Part shown: one piece after another, positions 50,854 through 60,536 of the stretch
Layout: each line of letters opens with the position of its first letter
Position numbering within the stretch: the stretch's first letter is position 1
DNA from: Deinobacterium chartae
GTDB lineage: Bacteria > Deinococcota > Deinococci > Deinococcales > Deinococcaceae
Length of the DNA: 64,000 bases
NCBI RefSeq assembly: GCF_014202645.1
Contig: NZ_JACHHG010000002.1
Coordinates: forward strand, 162,180-226,179
Direction of reading: 5' to 3'
The notes under the pieces: model-generated
Database searches by the model: none
What the model saw: only the letters and a program-made list of their open reading frames with translations
Told to the model about the DNA's origin: nothing
Position numbers and translations under genes: made by a program

Positions 50854-51465
50854 TTAGGCAGCTTTCTTGCGCAGCTTCCAGGCCTCGAGGAGCACCGGCA
50901 GCAGCGAGAGCCCCACTACCACCGCGACCATCAGCAGGATGTACTTGTCAACCGTGGTGGCCGGAATGGTATTGCCGATCAGATAGCCGACCAGCGGCAC
51001 CCCGGCACCCCACAGCACCGCACCGATCACGTTGTACGCCAAGAAAGTGGGGTAGTGCATGCCGCTCACCCCGGCGATGGTCGGCGCGAAGGTGCGTACA
51101 AACGGCACGAAACGCGCCAGAATGATGGTTTTTCCGCCGTGCTTCTGAAAGAAGACGTACGAGCGCTGCACGTGTTCGGGCTTGAAAAAGCGGCTCTCGG
51201 GCCGGTTGAAGATCGCCGGACCAAAGCGGCGACCGATCAGGTAGCCGACCGTGTCCCCTACGATGGCGGCCAGCACGCAGCAGGCCATGACACCCCAGAT
51301 GTTGAGGCCGCCCTCGACGGCGCTCATGATGCCCGCGACCAGCAACAGCGAGTCTCCGGGCAGAAAAAAGCCGACCAACAGGCCGGTTTCGGCGAACACG
51401 ATACCCAGCAGCGCCAGGTACGACCCGGTGCGCAGCAGGTGTTGCAGGCTCTCTACTTCAAACAT
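50854..51465 (-). CDS. DedA family membrane protein
   Basis: MFEVESLQHLL... followed by the DedA/SNARE-associated core. Confidence 0.75.
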   Translation of the reverse strand: MFEVESLQHLLRTGSYLALLGIVFAETGLLVGFFLPGDSLLLVAGIMSAVEGGLNIWGVMACCVLAAIVGDTVGYLIGRRFGPAIFNRPESRFFKPEHVQRSYVFFQKHGGKTIILARFVPFVRTFAPTIAGVSGMHYPTFLAYNVIGAVLWGAGVPLVGYLIGNTIPATTVDKYILLMVAVVVGLSLLPVLLEAWKLRKKAA

Positions 51466-51527
51466 AGGCTTCAGCCTACAAGATGCCGGATCGGCGCCGC
51501 GTGAAGCGGCGAGGCCGCCCGCGCGGG

Positions 51528-53453
51528 CTAGTGGCGGAAGGCGCGCACCGTGCCGTCCATAAAAGCCACGTACAGCGCCCCGTCCATCACCAGCGGGGTG
51601 GCCTGCACGCCCACGTCGAAGCGCTCGCGCCATACCGGGGTACCGCTGAGGGCGTTCACGGCCAGCACCTCGCCGTCCTCGGTCGCGACGTACACGTAGC
51701 CGCCCGAGACCACCGGACTGGCGGTAATGCGCCCGCCCAGGTGCAGCTCCCACAGATCATCGCCGCTGACCAGATCCAAACAGCGCAAGTCGCCTGACCA
51801 TGAGCCCACGAACACGCGCTGACCCCATACCGCCGGGCTGGCCCACAGCTCGGCCTCGAGGTCGTAGGTCCAGCTCAGCGGATCGGCGGCGTCCGGACGG
51901 TAGCGCCCGCGCTCGAGGATCATGCGCAGCGCGTGCAGCTCGCCCTCCCAGGTCGGCACGATCAGCAGGGCACTCTCGCGGCCGGTGGGAGCCACGCAGG
52001 GGGTGGCGTGCACCGCGCTGAGCTGGACCTTCCACAGCGGACTGCCTCCGCTGGCGTCCAACCCGTGAATCCAGCCTTCCTCGTCGGCGACGATGGCGCT
52101 GCCGCCCCACACCAGCGGGCTGGCCGCGATCGGGGCCACGGTCTTGTAGGCCCAGCGCAGCTCGCCGCTCTCCTCGTCCACGCTGTGCAGGTGCCCGTCC
52201 CTCGAGGCGATCAGGTAGCTATCTCCCCAGCGGCTGGGCGCTGAGGTGATCTCGGCGCGGGTACGGTGCCGCCAGCGCTCCACTCCGGTGCGCAGGTCCA
52301 CCTTGCGCACCGAACCGTCCCAGGCGCCGTACACCACGTGCTTGCGCTCGAGCGTGACCGGTCCGGTCACCTCGTCGGCGGCGGGCAGCTCGGCGTAGCG
52401 GTGCCCCGAGTGCTCGAGCAGGCTCAGCGTCGAGCGGCGGGTGCCCACCGCCAGGTAGTCGCGACCGCCCACCACTGCGGCGGGCCAGGAGACCTCCCCG
52501 GCAAGCTTGAGTTCCCAGGCGGCCTCGAGGCGGCGTGGATCGGTGGGGCCGCCCGGGTGGTAGCCGGCGCGGGCAAGCCCCCCGCGATACTGTCCGGGCA
52601 CGTGGCTGCGCCGCACTGCCTCGAGGGCCCCGCGCAGGTGCAGCGCGGCGGCAGCGCCGCTGGCCGGGCGGTCCTCGTAGCGCTTGGCCAGAAAAATCAG
52701 CAGCGCCTCGGAGATCGGGCGCGGCACGGCCGGGTTGACCTGTTCGGGCGGAAGCGGCGGCTCGTACACGTGCTGGTACAAGATCGCCTGGTCGTTGTCG
52801 CCCTCGAAGGGAACCCGGCCGGTCACCGCGCGGTACATCACCGCCCCGAACGAGTACAGGTCGGTGGCGGGTCCGATGCGGCCGCCCTTGGCCTGCTCGG
52901 GCGCCATGTACTGCGGCGTGCCCAGGGTGTAGCCGGTGCGGGTCAGGTCGCGCGTGCCCTCGGAGAGGTACACCAGCCCGAAGTCCATGATGCGCGGTCG
53001 GCCGTCGGCACCCAGCAAGATGTTGTGCGGGGTCAGGTCGCGGTGGATCATTCCGGCCGCGTGGATGTGGTCTAAGGCGGCGACCACCTCATGCGCCGCC
53101 TCGAGGAAGCGTTCGTGCTGCTCGGGCGTGTCCTCGAGGGGGCCCAGGCAGTGAAAGGGGCCACCCTCGAGCAGTTGCATGGTGAAGTACAGCCGGCCCT
53201 GCTCGTCGGTGCCCAGGTCGTAGATCGAGATCACGCCCGGGTGGCTGATGCGCGAGAGCGTGCGGATCTCGCGCTCAAAGCGGCGGCGGTCGCTGGGCAG
53301 CACGTGGTCGTGCAGCAGCTTGAGAGCGACCTCGCGTCCCAGATGCGCGTCGGTGGCGCGGTAAACCAGGGCGCTTCCGCCCTCTCCGATGCGTTCCAGG
53401 GTCCGGTAACGGTCTGCCAGCAGCGGCGAGGGCGAGTCCGGGCGCGGGTCCAT
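51528..53453 (-). CDS. serine/threonine protein kinase fused to a PQQ-repeat beta-propeller (no TM segment)
   Basis: Hanks kinase motifs ([21 protein letters not shown]), then about 8 PQQ-like repeats. Confidence 0.8.
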   Translation of the reverse strand: MDPRPDSPSPLLADRYRTLERIGEGGSALVYRATDAHLGREVALKLLHDHVLPSDRRRFEREIRTLSRISHPGVISIYDLGTDEQGRLYFTMQLLEGGPFHCLGPLEDTPEQHERFLEAAHEVVAALDHIHAAGMIHRDLTPHNILLGADGRPRIMDFGLVYLSEGTRDLTRTGYTLGTPQYMAPEQAKGGRIGPATDLYSFGAVMYRAVTGRVPFEGDNDQAILYQHVYEPPLPPEQVNPAVPRPISEALLIFLAKRYEDRPASGAAAALHLRGALEAVRRSHVPGQYRGGLARAGYHPGGPTDPRRLEAAWELKLAGEVSWPAAVVGGRDYLAVGTRRSTLSLLEHSGHRYAELPAADEVTGPVTLERKHVVYGAWDGSVRKVDLRTGVERWRHRTRAEITSAPSRWGDSYLIASRDGHLHSVDEESGELRWAYKTVAPIAASPLVWGGSAIVADEEGWIHGLDASGGSPLWKVQLSAVHATPCVAPTGRESALLIVPTWEGELHALRMILERGRYRPDAADPLSWTYDLEAELWASPAVWGQRVFVGSWSGDLRCLDLVSGDDLWELHLGGRITASPVVSGGYVYVATEDGEVLAVNALSGTPVWRERFDVGVQATPLVMDGALYVAFMDGTVRAFRH

Positions 53454-53548
53454 GAGGCCAGTGTAGCGCAGGCGGTCGCCTGCGGGCGGCAGACACGTTC
53501 CTCACACGGGTTTGCTCTAATCTTGGTCGGTTTGATGGCCGAGGTTCG

Positions 53549-53605
53549 ACAAAAAAACCCGGGCTCCTGGCAGGTTCGCAGGGCGTGCAGCGAGGCACGC
53601 CCTGC
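53549..53605 (-). terminator. hairpin (perfect 11-bp stem) plus a U-tract downstream of the small RHH gene
   Basis: GCAGGGCGTGC agcgag GCACGCCCTGC, then CCCGGGUUUUUUUG in minus-strand sense. Confidence 0.4.
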
Positions 53606-53629
53606 GCCCGCCGCGCCGGGCAAGAAGGT

Positions 53630-53851
53630 TCAGGACTCTTCTTCTTCTTCCTCGTCCAGGGTGGTGATCAGCTCCTCGAGGCTCTGTCCCTCCTTTAGCT
53701 CGCGTGCGATCTTCTCGATGGCCAAACGCACGACTTCGCTCTTAGAAATTAAGCGTTCGGGACTGGAGAGCTCGTAGGCAGTGCGAGTCAGCAGGGCGTC
53801 CTGCTCCTCGGAAATGACCACCTGTAGACGTTTTTTTTCTTTCTTAGGCAT
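53630..53851 (-). CDS. small ribbon-helix-helix-like protein with an acidic tail (73 aa)
   Basis: KKRLQVVISEEQDALL...SKSEVVRLAIEKIAREL is a beta-alpha-alpha pattern. C-terminal DEEEEEES tail. About 54% GC, well below the window mean. Confidence 0.5.
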   Translation of the reverse strand: MPKKEKKRLQVVISEEQDALLTRTAYELSSPERLISKSEVVRLAIEKIARELKEGQSLEELITTLDEEEEEES

Positions 53852-54038
53852 GGGACTCCGGCACTCCGGCGTTCTCTCATGGTAACACGTCCATTGAGGG
53901 TCAACAACATCTGTCTCACCATGAAGCCCTTCACTATAGACAGCTATTGAGCATGATGTGTAAGATGCTACTGAGGACTCTAAGGAGACTCATATTCCCC
54001 GTCCACATCGGCTCAGAGCCGTCTGAAAGGAACTTGTC

Positions 54039-55328
54039 ATGCTTAACGCCACTCCCCTGCACATCATCGGCGGCGTCCCCCTCGAGGGCGAATACAAGGT
54101 TCAGCCTAGCAAGAACGCAGCTTTGCCTATTATCGTCGCTTCGCTGCTCAGCGCCGAGCCGATCACGCTGCATGGGATTCCGCGTCTGGCAGACATCTTC
54201 ACCATCCTCGAGATCGTGGCCGGTCTGGGAACCCGGCACGCCTGGGTCGGCCCCAACAGCCTGACCCTGCACACGCCCGAGTTCTGCTCGACCGAAGCCC
54301 CCTATTCGCTGGTCAGCAAGATGCGCGCCTCGTTCATCGTGATGGGTCCGCTGCTGGCCCGTGCCGGTGAGGCTCAGGTCTCGATGCCCGGCGGCTGCGC
54401 CTTCGGCCACCGCCCGGTGGACCAGCACATCAAGGCCTTCCGCGCCATGGGCGTGGAGATCAGCGAGGAGGGCGGCAACTTCTACGGTCGCCGCAGCGGC
54501 ACTCCCAGCGGCAGCTACGTGTTCGAGATGCTGACCGTGGGAGCCACCCAGAACGCCATTTTGGCCGCCACCCTGGGCGAGGGCACCGTGACCCTCGAGA
54601 ACTGCTCGATCGACACCGACGTGGTCGACATGATCACTTTCCTCAACAGCCTGGGAGCCAACATCCAGGGGGCCGGAACCAACACCATCACCGTGCACGG
54701 GGTAAAATCGCTGCGCGGCGGCGAGTACACCGTGATCCCCGACCGCCTCGACGCGGGCACGATGATGATCGCGGCGACCGCGACCCGCAGCCGCCTGATC
54801 CTCACCAACGTCAACCCCGGTCACCTGCGCGCGGTGAGTGCGAAGCTGACCGAGATCGGCGCGCACATCCTCGAGATGGACGGCTCGACCATGCTGGTGG
54901 ACGCGCGCGGCGCCGAACTGCGCCCGGCCAACGTCACCGCCCTGGAATTCCCCGGCTTCCCCACCGACTTGCAGCCGCAGATCGGCGCGCTGCTGGCCAC
55001 GGTGCCCGGCACCAGCCTGGTGGTGGACAAGGTGTACCCGGACCGCAACACCCACGTCACCGAACTGCAACGCATGGGTGCGCACATCGAGATGCCCGAC
55101 CGCACCATGGTGTTCCAGGGTACTGCCCTGCACGGCGCGCCGGTGCGCGCAGCCGACATCCGCGCCGGTGCTGCGCTGGTGGTCGCGGCCCTGACCGCCC
55201 ACGGCGAGACGGTGATCGACGGGATGCAGTACCTCAACCGCGGTTACGAGAACCTGGCTGCCCGTCTGCGCGAGGTGAGCGCGCAGGTGCAGCACCTCGA
55301 GCCGGCCATGGCCATGGCCATGGATTAA
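54039..55328 (+). CDS. murA: UDP-N-acetylglucosamine 1-carboxyvinyltransferase
   Basis: MLNATPLHIIGGVPLEGEYKVQPSKNAALPII... Full-length MurA. Confidence 0.9.
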   Translation: MLNATPLHIIGGVPLEGEYKVQPSKNAALPIIVASLLSAEPITLHGIPRLADIFTILEIVAGLGTRHAWVGPNSLTLHTPEFCSTEAPYSLVSKMRASFIVMGPLLARAGEAQVSMPGGCAFGHRPVDQHIKAFRAMGVEISEEGGNFYGRRSGTPSGSYVFEMLTVGATQNAILAATLGEGTVTLENCSIDTDVVDMITFLNSLGANIQGAGTNTITVHGVKSLRGGEYTVIPDRLDAGTMMIAATATRSRLILTNVNPGHLRAVSAKLTEIGAHILEMDGSTMLVDARGAELRPANVTALEFPGFPTDLQPQIGALLATVPGTSLVVDKVYPDRNTHVTELQRMGAHIEMPDRTMVFQGTALHGAPVRAADIRAGAALVVAALTAHGETVIDGMQYLNRGYENLAARLREVSAQVQHLEPAMAMAMD

Positions 55329-55424
55329 AAAACACTCAATCCCCAAAGGGCTCCGATGGAGCCCTTCTTTTATACGAATTCGCCGGAAATTCCTCGGCAG
55401 CGACCCTGCCTGGGTCTCTAAGAT

Positions 55425-55449
55425 CAGGACCATGGTCCTGGTTTTTTTG
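55425..55449 (+). terminator. rho-independent terminator of murA
   Basis: CAGGACCATGGTCCTG followed by GTTTTTTTG. Confidence 0.6.
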
Positions 55450-55506
55450 ACTCGCGCGTGCGCGGCAATCTCGAAGACGCCAGCTTGTGAACGATCGAGC
55501 AAGCTA

Positions 55507-55536
55507 TTGACAGCCGGTGACAAACGGGCGTTAAAT
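55507..55536 (+). promoter_or_regulatory. sigma-70-type promoter of the lacI-like gene (TTGACA-N18-TTAAAT)
   Basis: Near-consensus hexamers at the expected spacing upstream of the lacI-like gene. Confidence 0.5.
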
Positions 55537-55541
55537 GTTTT

Positions 55542-55555
55542 TGTAACCGGTTACA
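55542..55555. promoter_or_regulatory. LacI-family operator: perfect 14-bp palindrome TGTAACCGGTTACA
   Basis: Matches the LacI/CcpA-type TGTAANCGNTTACA consensus. Sits between the -10 box and the RBS. Confidence 0.55.
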
Positions 55556-55565
55556 GAGGAGTGGT

Positions 55566-56537
55566 ATGAAGCAGACCATCCAAAGTATTGCCCTACGCGC
55601 AGGCGTTTCCAAAGGCACGGTCAGCCGCGTGATCAACGGCCACAGCACCGTCAAGGAAGAAACCCGCAGGCGCGTGCTGGCAGTGATGGAAGAGGTCGGC
55701 TACACCCCGGATCCCACTGCGCGTGAGCTCTCGCTGCGCAGCAAATACAGCCTGGGCCTGTCCATGCGCGAGACCGACCGCAGGCTGGCCCCCTACTTCG
55801 TGCTGTTCCGCGAGGCCCTCGCGCGCCGCCTGCAGGAACTCGGCATTCCCCTGGTTCCCCTCGAGGAGGACCTGCGCGTGCGCCGCCTGCCCAGCGCCGT
55901 GCTGATCCTGGGTGCCCGCGAGGGCGACCCGCGCCTCGAGCTGTTGGCCGAACGCCAGACTCCCGCCGTCCTGATCGGCCACCATCCCCGCCTGCCCTGG
56001 GTCGCCCCCGACGACGAACACGGTGCGTACCTCGCCACCGCGCACCTAATCCGGCTCGGACACCGCACGGTTGCCCACCTCGGCAACGTCGAGGACACCC
56101 AGGCCTTTCACGACCGCCACAGCGGCTACCGTCGCGCCCTCGAGGAGGCCGGGCTGCGCCCGGATCCCTCGCTGCTGCTTCACGCCGAACCCACCGCGCT
56201 GGGCGGCTACCGCTCGGTACGGCGCGCGCTCGAGGGCGGCAAGCGCTTCAGCGCGCTGTTCGCCGCTGGAGACGAAATGGCCGTGGGTGCCATCGCCGCC
56301 CTCGAGGACTTCGGCCTGCGGGTACCCGGGGACGTCTCGGTTGCAGGGTTCGACGGCCTGCCCGAGATCGGGGTGCGCCTCACCACCGTCGAGCAGGACA
56401 TTCCCGGAATCGCCCTAGCCGCGCTGGAACTGGCTCTTGCCTGCCTCGAGGGAACGCCTCCCCAGGGCCGTTACGTTCCGGTGCGGCTGCGCGTGGGTGA
56501 CACGACCGCGCCTCTTCATTCAGGAGAAACCGCATGA
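55566..56537 (+). CDS. LacI family transcriptional regulator
   Basis: N-terminal HTH IQSIALRAGVSKGTVSRVING. Periplasmic-binding-protein-like sugar-binding core. Confidence 0.85.
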   Translation: MKQTIQSIALRAGVSKGTVSRVINGHSTVKEETRRRVLAVMEEVGYTPDPTARELSLRSKYSLGLSMRETDRRLAPYFVLFREALARRLQELGIPLVPLEEDLRVRRLPSAVLILGAREGDPRLELLAERQTPAVLIGHHPRLPWVAPDDEHGAYLATAHLIRLGHRTVAHLGNVEDTQAFHDRHSGYRRALEEAGLRPDPSLLLHAEPTALGGYRSVRRALEGGKRFSALFAAGDEMAVGAIAALEDFGLRVPGDVSVAGFDGLPEIGVRLTTVEQDIPGIALAALELALACLEGTPPQGRYVPVRLRVGDTTAPLHSGETA

Positions 56538-57766
56538 AACGAACCGCACTTCTCGGCGCTACGCTGGTCCTGCTGACCGGCAGCGCCCTGGCCCAGAAAA
56601 ACGTCACCATCAAGATCAACGGTCCCGGCGGCGACGTGGACCCGGTGATCGTCAACGACCTGATCAACCGCTTCGTGAAGCCCGCCGTCGCCAAAGACGG
56701 CATCAACGTGGTCTACGAGCCGTTCCAGGACTACAACCCGCAGCTGACCATCGCGCTCTCCAGCGGCAACGCGGGCGATTTGTTCTACCTGCAGGGCGAG
56801 CAGGCCCAGGGCTTCATCGCCACCGGCCGCATCCTGCCGCTTAACGGTCTGGTCGACACCAAGCCCTTTGTGGACAACCTGGTGCGGGCCTTTACCGTGA
56901 GTGGCAAGGTCTACGGCATCGCCAAGGACTTCAACACCCTGACCCTGACCTACAACAAGGACATCTTCGACGAGGCCAAAGTCCCCTACCCCACCAACAA
57001 TGAAACCTGGGACAGCCTGGCCGACAAGCTGCGCCGGGTCAAGAAAGCGCTGGGCGACGGCTACTACGGTGCCTGCCTCTCCGCCGACTTCGCCCGGATG
57101 GGGGCCATCGCCTACGCGAACGGCTGGAAACAGTTTGATGCAAACGGCAAGACCAACCTGCTCGACCCCAAGTTCGTCTCGGCCTTTAAGTGGTACACCG
57201 ACTTGGTGCGCGAGAAAGTCGCCGTACAGCCCTCGGACATCTCGGCCGGCTGGCCCGGCGAGTGCTTCAAGAACGGCAAAACCGCCATTGCCCTCGAGGG
57301 CGGCTGGCTGAACTCCTACCTCAAGGACCAGGCCCCCAACCTGCAGTACGGCACGGCGCTGCTGCCCAAATCCAAGGCGACCGGCAAGCGCGGCAACTTC
57401 TTGTACACCGTGGCGTGGGCGGTGAACGCCCGCACCAAGAACAAGGACGCCGCCCTCAAGGTCCTCAAGGCCCTGACCTCGCCGCAGGCCCAGCAGTACG
57501 TCCTCGAGTCGGGCCTGGCCATTCCCAGCCGCAAGGCCCTCACCAACAACACGTACTTCAAACGCAATGACCAGGCCGCCAGGGCTGCCAAGGTGGTCTT
57601 CGACGGAGCCAGCAACGGCACGGTCAACCTGTACGGCTTTGGCAAATACGGCCCCGACTGGGCGCAGCCCATCAACGCGGCGCTGAGTGCGGTGATGTCC
57701 GGCCAGAGCAGCGCCGAAGCGGCCCTGAAAAAAGCCCAGGCCGACCTGAACGCCCTGAAGCGCTGA
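56534..57766 (+). CDS. carbohydrate ABC transporter substrate-binding protein (family 1)
   Basis: Signal peptide, SBP_bac_1-like sequence. Overlaps the lacI stop by 4 bp. Confidence 0.85.
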   Translation: MKRTALLGATLVLLTGSALAQKNVTIKINGPGGDVDPVIVNDLINRFVKPAVAKDGINVVYEPFQDYNPQLTIALSSGNAGDLFYLQGEQAQGFIATGRILPLNGLVDTKPFVDNLVRAFTVSGKVYGIAKDFNTLTLTYNKDIFDEAKVPYPTNNETWDSLADKLRRVKKALGDGYYGACLSADFARMGAIAYANGWKQFDANGKTNLLDPKFVSAFKWYTDLVREKVAVQPSDISAGWPGECFKNGKTAIALEGGWLNSYLKDQAPNLQYGTALLPKSKATGKRGNFLYTVAWAVNARTKNKDAALKVLKALTSPQAQQYVLESGLAIPSRKALTNNTYFKRNDQAARAAKVVFDGASNGTVNLYGFGKYGPDWAQPINAALSAVMSGQSSAEAALKKAQADLNALKR

Positions 57767-57775
57767 GCGGCCCAC

Positions 57776-57804
57776 GGGCAGCCTCCGCGAGGCTGCCCTT
57801 TTTC
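57776..57804 (+). terminator. intra-operon hairpin plus T-tract after the SBP gene
   Basis: GGGCAGCCTC cgcg AGGCTGCCC TTTTTC. Confidence 0.45.
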
Positions 57805-57821
57805 CTGGAAGGGGGAAAGAC

Positions 57822-58937
57822 GTGCGCGCGAGTCCCAAGCGACGCAGCGACCTTCAACAGACCGCCACGGCGCTGATGTTTCTGGCCCCACTGCTGCTCA
57901 GCCTCGGGCTGTTCTTCGTGTACGCCTTCTTGCGGGCCCTGTATTACAGCTTTACCGACTACGACCTGTTCAATACCCCGCAGTGGGTGGGGCTGCGGTC
58001 TTACCTGGCCATCCTCGCCGACGACCGCTTCCGCATCGCGCTCACCAACACCTTGCTGTTCTCGGCCGTCGTCACCACCGCCCAGACCATCGGGGCGCTG
58101 CTGCTGGCCGTGGTTTTAAACCAGAAAGTACGCGGGCTGGGCTTTTTCCGCTCCGCCTTCTACATGCCCTCGATCACCTCCTCGGTGGTGATCACCCTCA
58201 TTTTCATCTGGCTGTTCCAGCGGCGCGGCGTGGTGAACTACCTCGCCACCCAGATCGGGGCTTACGGTCCGGTCATTGCGGCCTTCATCGCCCTGGTGGT
58301 GGTCTTTCAGGCGGCCCAGGTGCTGTGGGAGCGCTCCCGTGGCCGGCCTGCGCGCGCCCTGGACCCGGCCCTGCTGTGGATCTCGGTGGCCCTGGGCGCG
58401 GTGGGGGTATGGCTGGCTTTAGCCTTCGGCTGGATCGGCATCCGCAGCGTAGAGCCGGTGGACATCTCGTGGTTCGCTTCGCGCGAGCGGCTGTTCGGGC
58501 TGATCCCGATTCCGCTGCTCTTTATCATGATCCAGAACACCTTTACCACCATCCCGACCATGATGCTGTTCTTCCTGGCGGGGCTGCAAAACGTTCCGAG
58601 TGCCCTGTACGAGGCGGCTGAGCTGGACGGTGCCAGCAAATTTCAGCAGTTGCGGTACATCACCGTCCCGATGCTGCGTCCGGTGACCTTCTACGTGGTG
58701 ACGGTCAGCCTGATCGGCACCCTACAGATGTTCGACCAGGTCCGGATCATCGGTTCGGCCGCGCCGCTCGAGTCGATCATCACCCTGGCCTACTACGTCT
58801 ACAACAACGTGTTCCCCAGCGGATCGCTGCCACGGGCGGGCATGGCGAGTGCTGCCGCCGTCATCTTGGCGCTGCTCACCCTGGTCATCGTGGCGCTGCA
58901 ACGCCGCTTCCTCATCTCCGACGAGGCGCACTCATGA
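57822..58937 (+). CDS. carbohydrate ABC transporter permease (MalF-like, 8 TM)
   Basis: EAA motif region (GASKFQQLRYITVPMLRP). GTG start behind a GGAAGGGGGAAAGA SD. Confidence 0.8.
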   Translation: MRASPKRRSDLQQTATALMFLAPLLLSLGLFFVYAFLRALYYSFTDYDLFNTPQWVGLRSYLAILADDRFRIALTNTLLFSAVVTTAQTIGALLLAVVLNQKVRGLGFFRSAFYMPSITSSVVITLIFIWLFQRRGVVNYLATQIGAYGPVIAAFIALVVVFQAAQVLWERSRGRPARALDPALLWISVALGAVGVWLALAFGWIGIRSVEPVDISWFASRERLFGLIPIPLLFIMIQNTFTTIPTMMLFFLAGLQNVPSALYEAAELDGASKFQQLRYITVPMLRPVTFYVVTVSLIGTLQMFDQVRIIGSAAPLESIITLAYYVYNNVFPSGSLPRAGMASAAAVILALLTLVIVALQRRFLISDEAHS

Positions 58938-60532
58938 CCGCGCGCCCCGCCTCGCTTGCCACCGGGCGCAGCTCGCCCGACGCAGCCTGGATCGCGCGCC
59001 GCCGCTGGGCGCGCGCCGCCTGGGTCTACGTCCTGCTGCTGCTGGCCTCGCTGCTGTTCCTGGGGCCGTTCCTGATGGGGGTGCTCAGCTCGTTCAAGAG
59101 CAATCCCAACGAGTATCCGCCCCGCGTCGCGATCCCGCAGCTCAACCCGGTGGTCTGGGGCCGCGCCTTCCGGCTGGGCGTGGCCGGCGCGGGCGACGGC
59201 TGGTACGGCGGCCTGCGGCCCGGAGCGGACGTTCCGTTCGAGGTGACCCTGCGCACCCCACCCGGCCAGCCGCCCACCCCCCCGCAGGTCAACGTCGCGC
59301 GGCGTGGCCCGGTGGGCGGGCTGGGGGCCCTGCGCCCCAAGGCCTTCGCCTCGGATTTCGCGCGCATCGAAAAGCTCGAGGAGATCGCGCGGCACACGAC
59401 CGAGCGCGGCCTCGAGGTGAGCTACCGCTTCCGGGTGGTCTACCCGCCGCTCACCGATAAGCAGGGCGAAACGCTGCGCGGCGTCATCCCCGCGGCCCCC
59501 AGCGGCTCGGTTCCCGCAGATGCCCTCGAGGTGCACGTGAACGGAGAGCCGGTAGCGGTGACCCTGGATACCCCCGAGGCGCAGGGCAAACGGTTTCAGC
59601 TGAATCCTGAAACCCCGGTGGAACTGGTCCGCGCGGGCGGCCGCTACTACCTGCGCGGCCCGGTGATCGACCGAACCCCGATCGACGTGAACATCGAGCG
59701 CGGGCAGGAACTCACCCGTTCCACCCTCGAGCCGACCTTCGTGGAACGCTTCGGCCGGGCGCTGGGCTACCAGAACATCACGCCCGGCGTGATCGGCTAC
59801 GTGTTTTACAACTACCTGCGGGTCTTTAACGAATCGGTGGACCTCACCACGGGCAAGAGCTTGTTTGGGCAGTGGATTCTCAACTCGTTCCTGGTCGCCG
59901 CCCTGGTCGTGGTCACCAACGTGATCTTCGCCTCGCTGGCCGGGTACGCCCTGGCACGGCTGCGTTTTCCGGGACGCAGCCTGCTGTTTTTCGTGGTGCT
60001 GTTCTCGATGATGGTCCCGATTCAGGTGATCTTCCTGTCCAACTACCTGCTGCTGCGCGACGGCCTGTTCGGGCTGTCCCAGCTGTTCGGGCACGCCAAC
60101 TTCTTGAACCTCGCGGGGCTGGTGCTCTCCTCGGCGATGAGTGCGGGCGGCGTGTTCCTGATGAAGCAGTTCTTCGAGGGACTGCCCAGGGAACTCGAGG
60201 AGGCCGCCTTCGTGGACGGGGCCACCCCGCTGCAGACCTTCTGGAGGGTCATGCTGCCGCAGGCCACCCCGGGCCTGCTGACGCTGACCATCACCACCTT
60301 CCAGGGCAGCTGGAACGGCTTTTTCTGGCCGCTGATCGTGCTGTCCAACCCGCCTTCTACCTACACCCTCCCCATCGGCCTGCTGAGCTTCAAAAACGCC
60401 TACGGCGGGGTCGGCGACTTTGCGCTGACCCTGGCCGGATCGGTGATCTCGGCCCTGCCGGTCATCATCGTCTTTCTGGTGTTTCAGCGTTACTTCGTCG
60501 AAAGCTCGACCTCTACGGGCGTGAAAGGTTAA
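58934..60532 (+). CDS. carbohydrate ABC transporter permease (MalG-like) with a ~240-aa periplasmic insertion after TM1
   Basis: 532 aa. TM1, then a long hydrophilic domain, then the canonical MalG core with the EAA motif (EAAFVDGATPLQTFWRVMLP). Confidence 0.8.
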   Translation: MTARPASLATGRSSPDAAWIARRRWARAAWVYVLLLLASLLFLGPFLMGVLSSFKSNPNEYPPRVAIPQLNPVVWGRAFRLGVAGAGDGWYGGLRPGADVPFEVTLRTPPGQPPTPPQVNVARRGPVGGLGALRPKAFASDFARIEKLEEIARHTTERGLEVSYRFRVVYPPLTDKQGETLRGVIPAAPSGSVPADALEVHVNGEPVAVTLDTPEAQGKRFQLNPETPVELVRAGGRYYLRGPVIDRTPIDVNIERGQELTRSTLEPTFVERFGRALGYQNITPGVIGYVFYNYLRVFNESVDLTTGKSLFGQWILNSFLVAALVVVTNVIFASLAGYALARLRFPGRSLLFFVVLFSMMVPIQVIFLSNYLLLRDGLFGLSQLFGHANFLNLAGLVLSSAMSAGGVFLMKQFFEGLPRELEEAAFVDGATPLQTFWRVMLPQATPGLLTLTITTFQGSWNGFFWPLIVLSNPPSTYTLPIGLLSFKNAYGGVGDFALTLAGSVISALPVIIVFLVFQRYFVESSTSTGVKG

Positions 60533-60536
60533 TCTC

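Noticed and set aside
55424-55654. Minus-strand 76-aa ORF overlapping the lacI promoter and operator
   Set aside because: It overlaps the clear promoter, operator, RBS and 5' end of the lacI-like gene, has no SD, and has odd composition.
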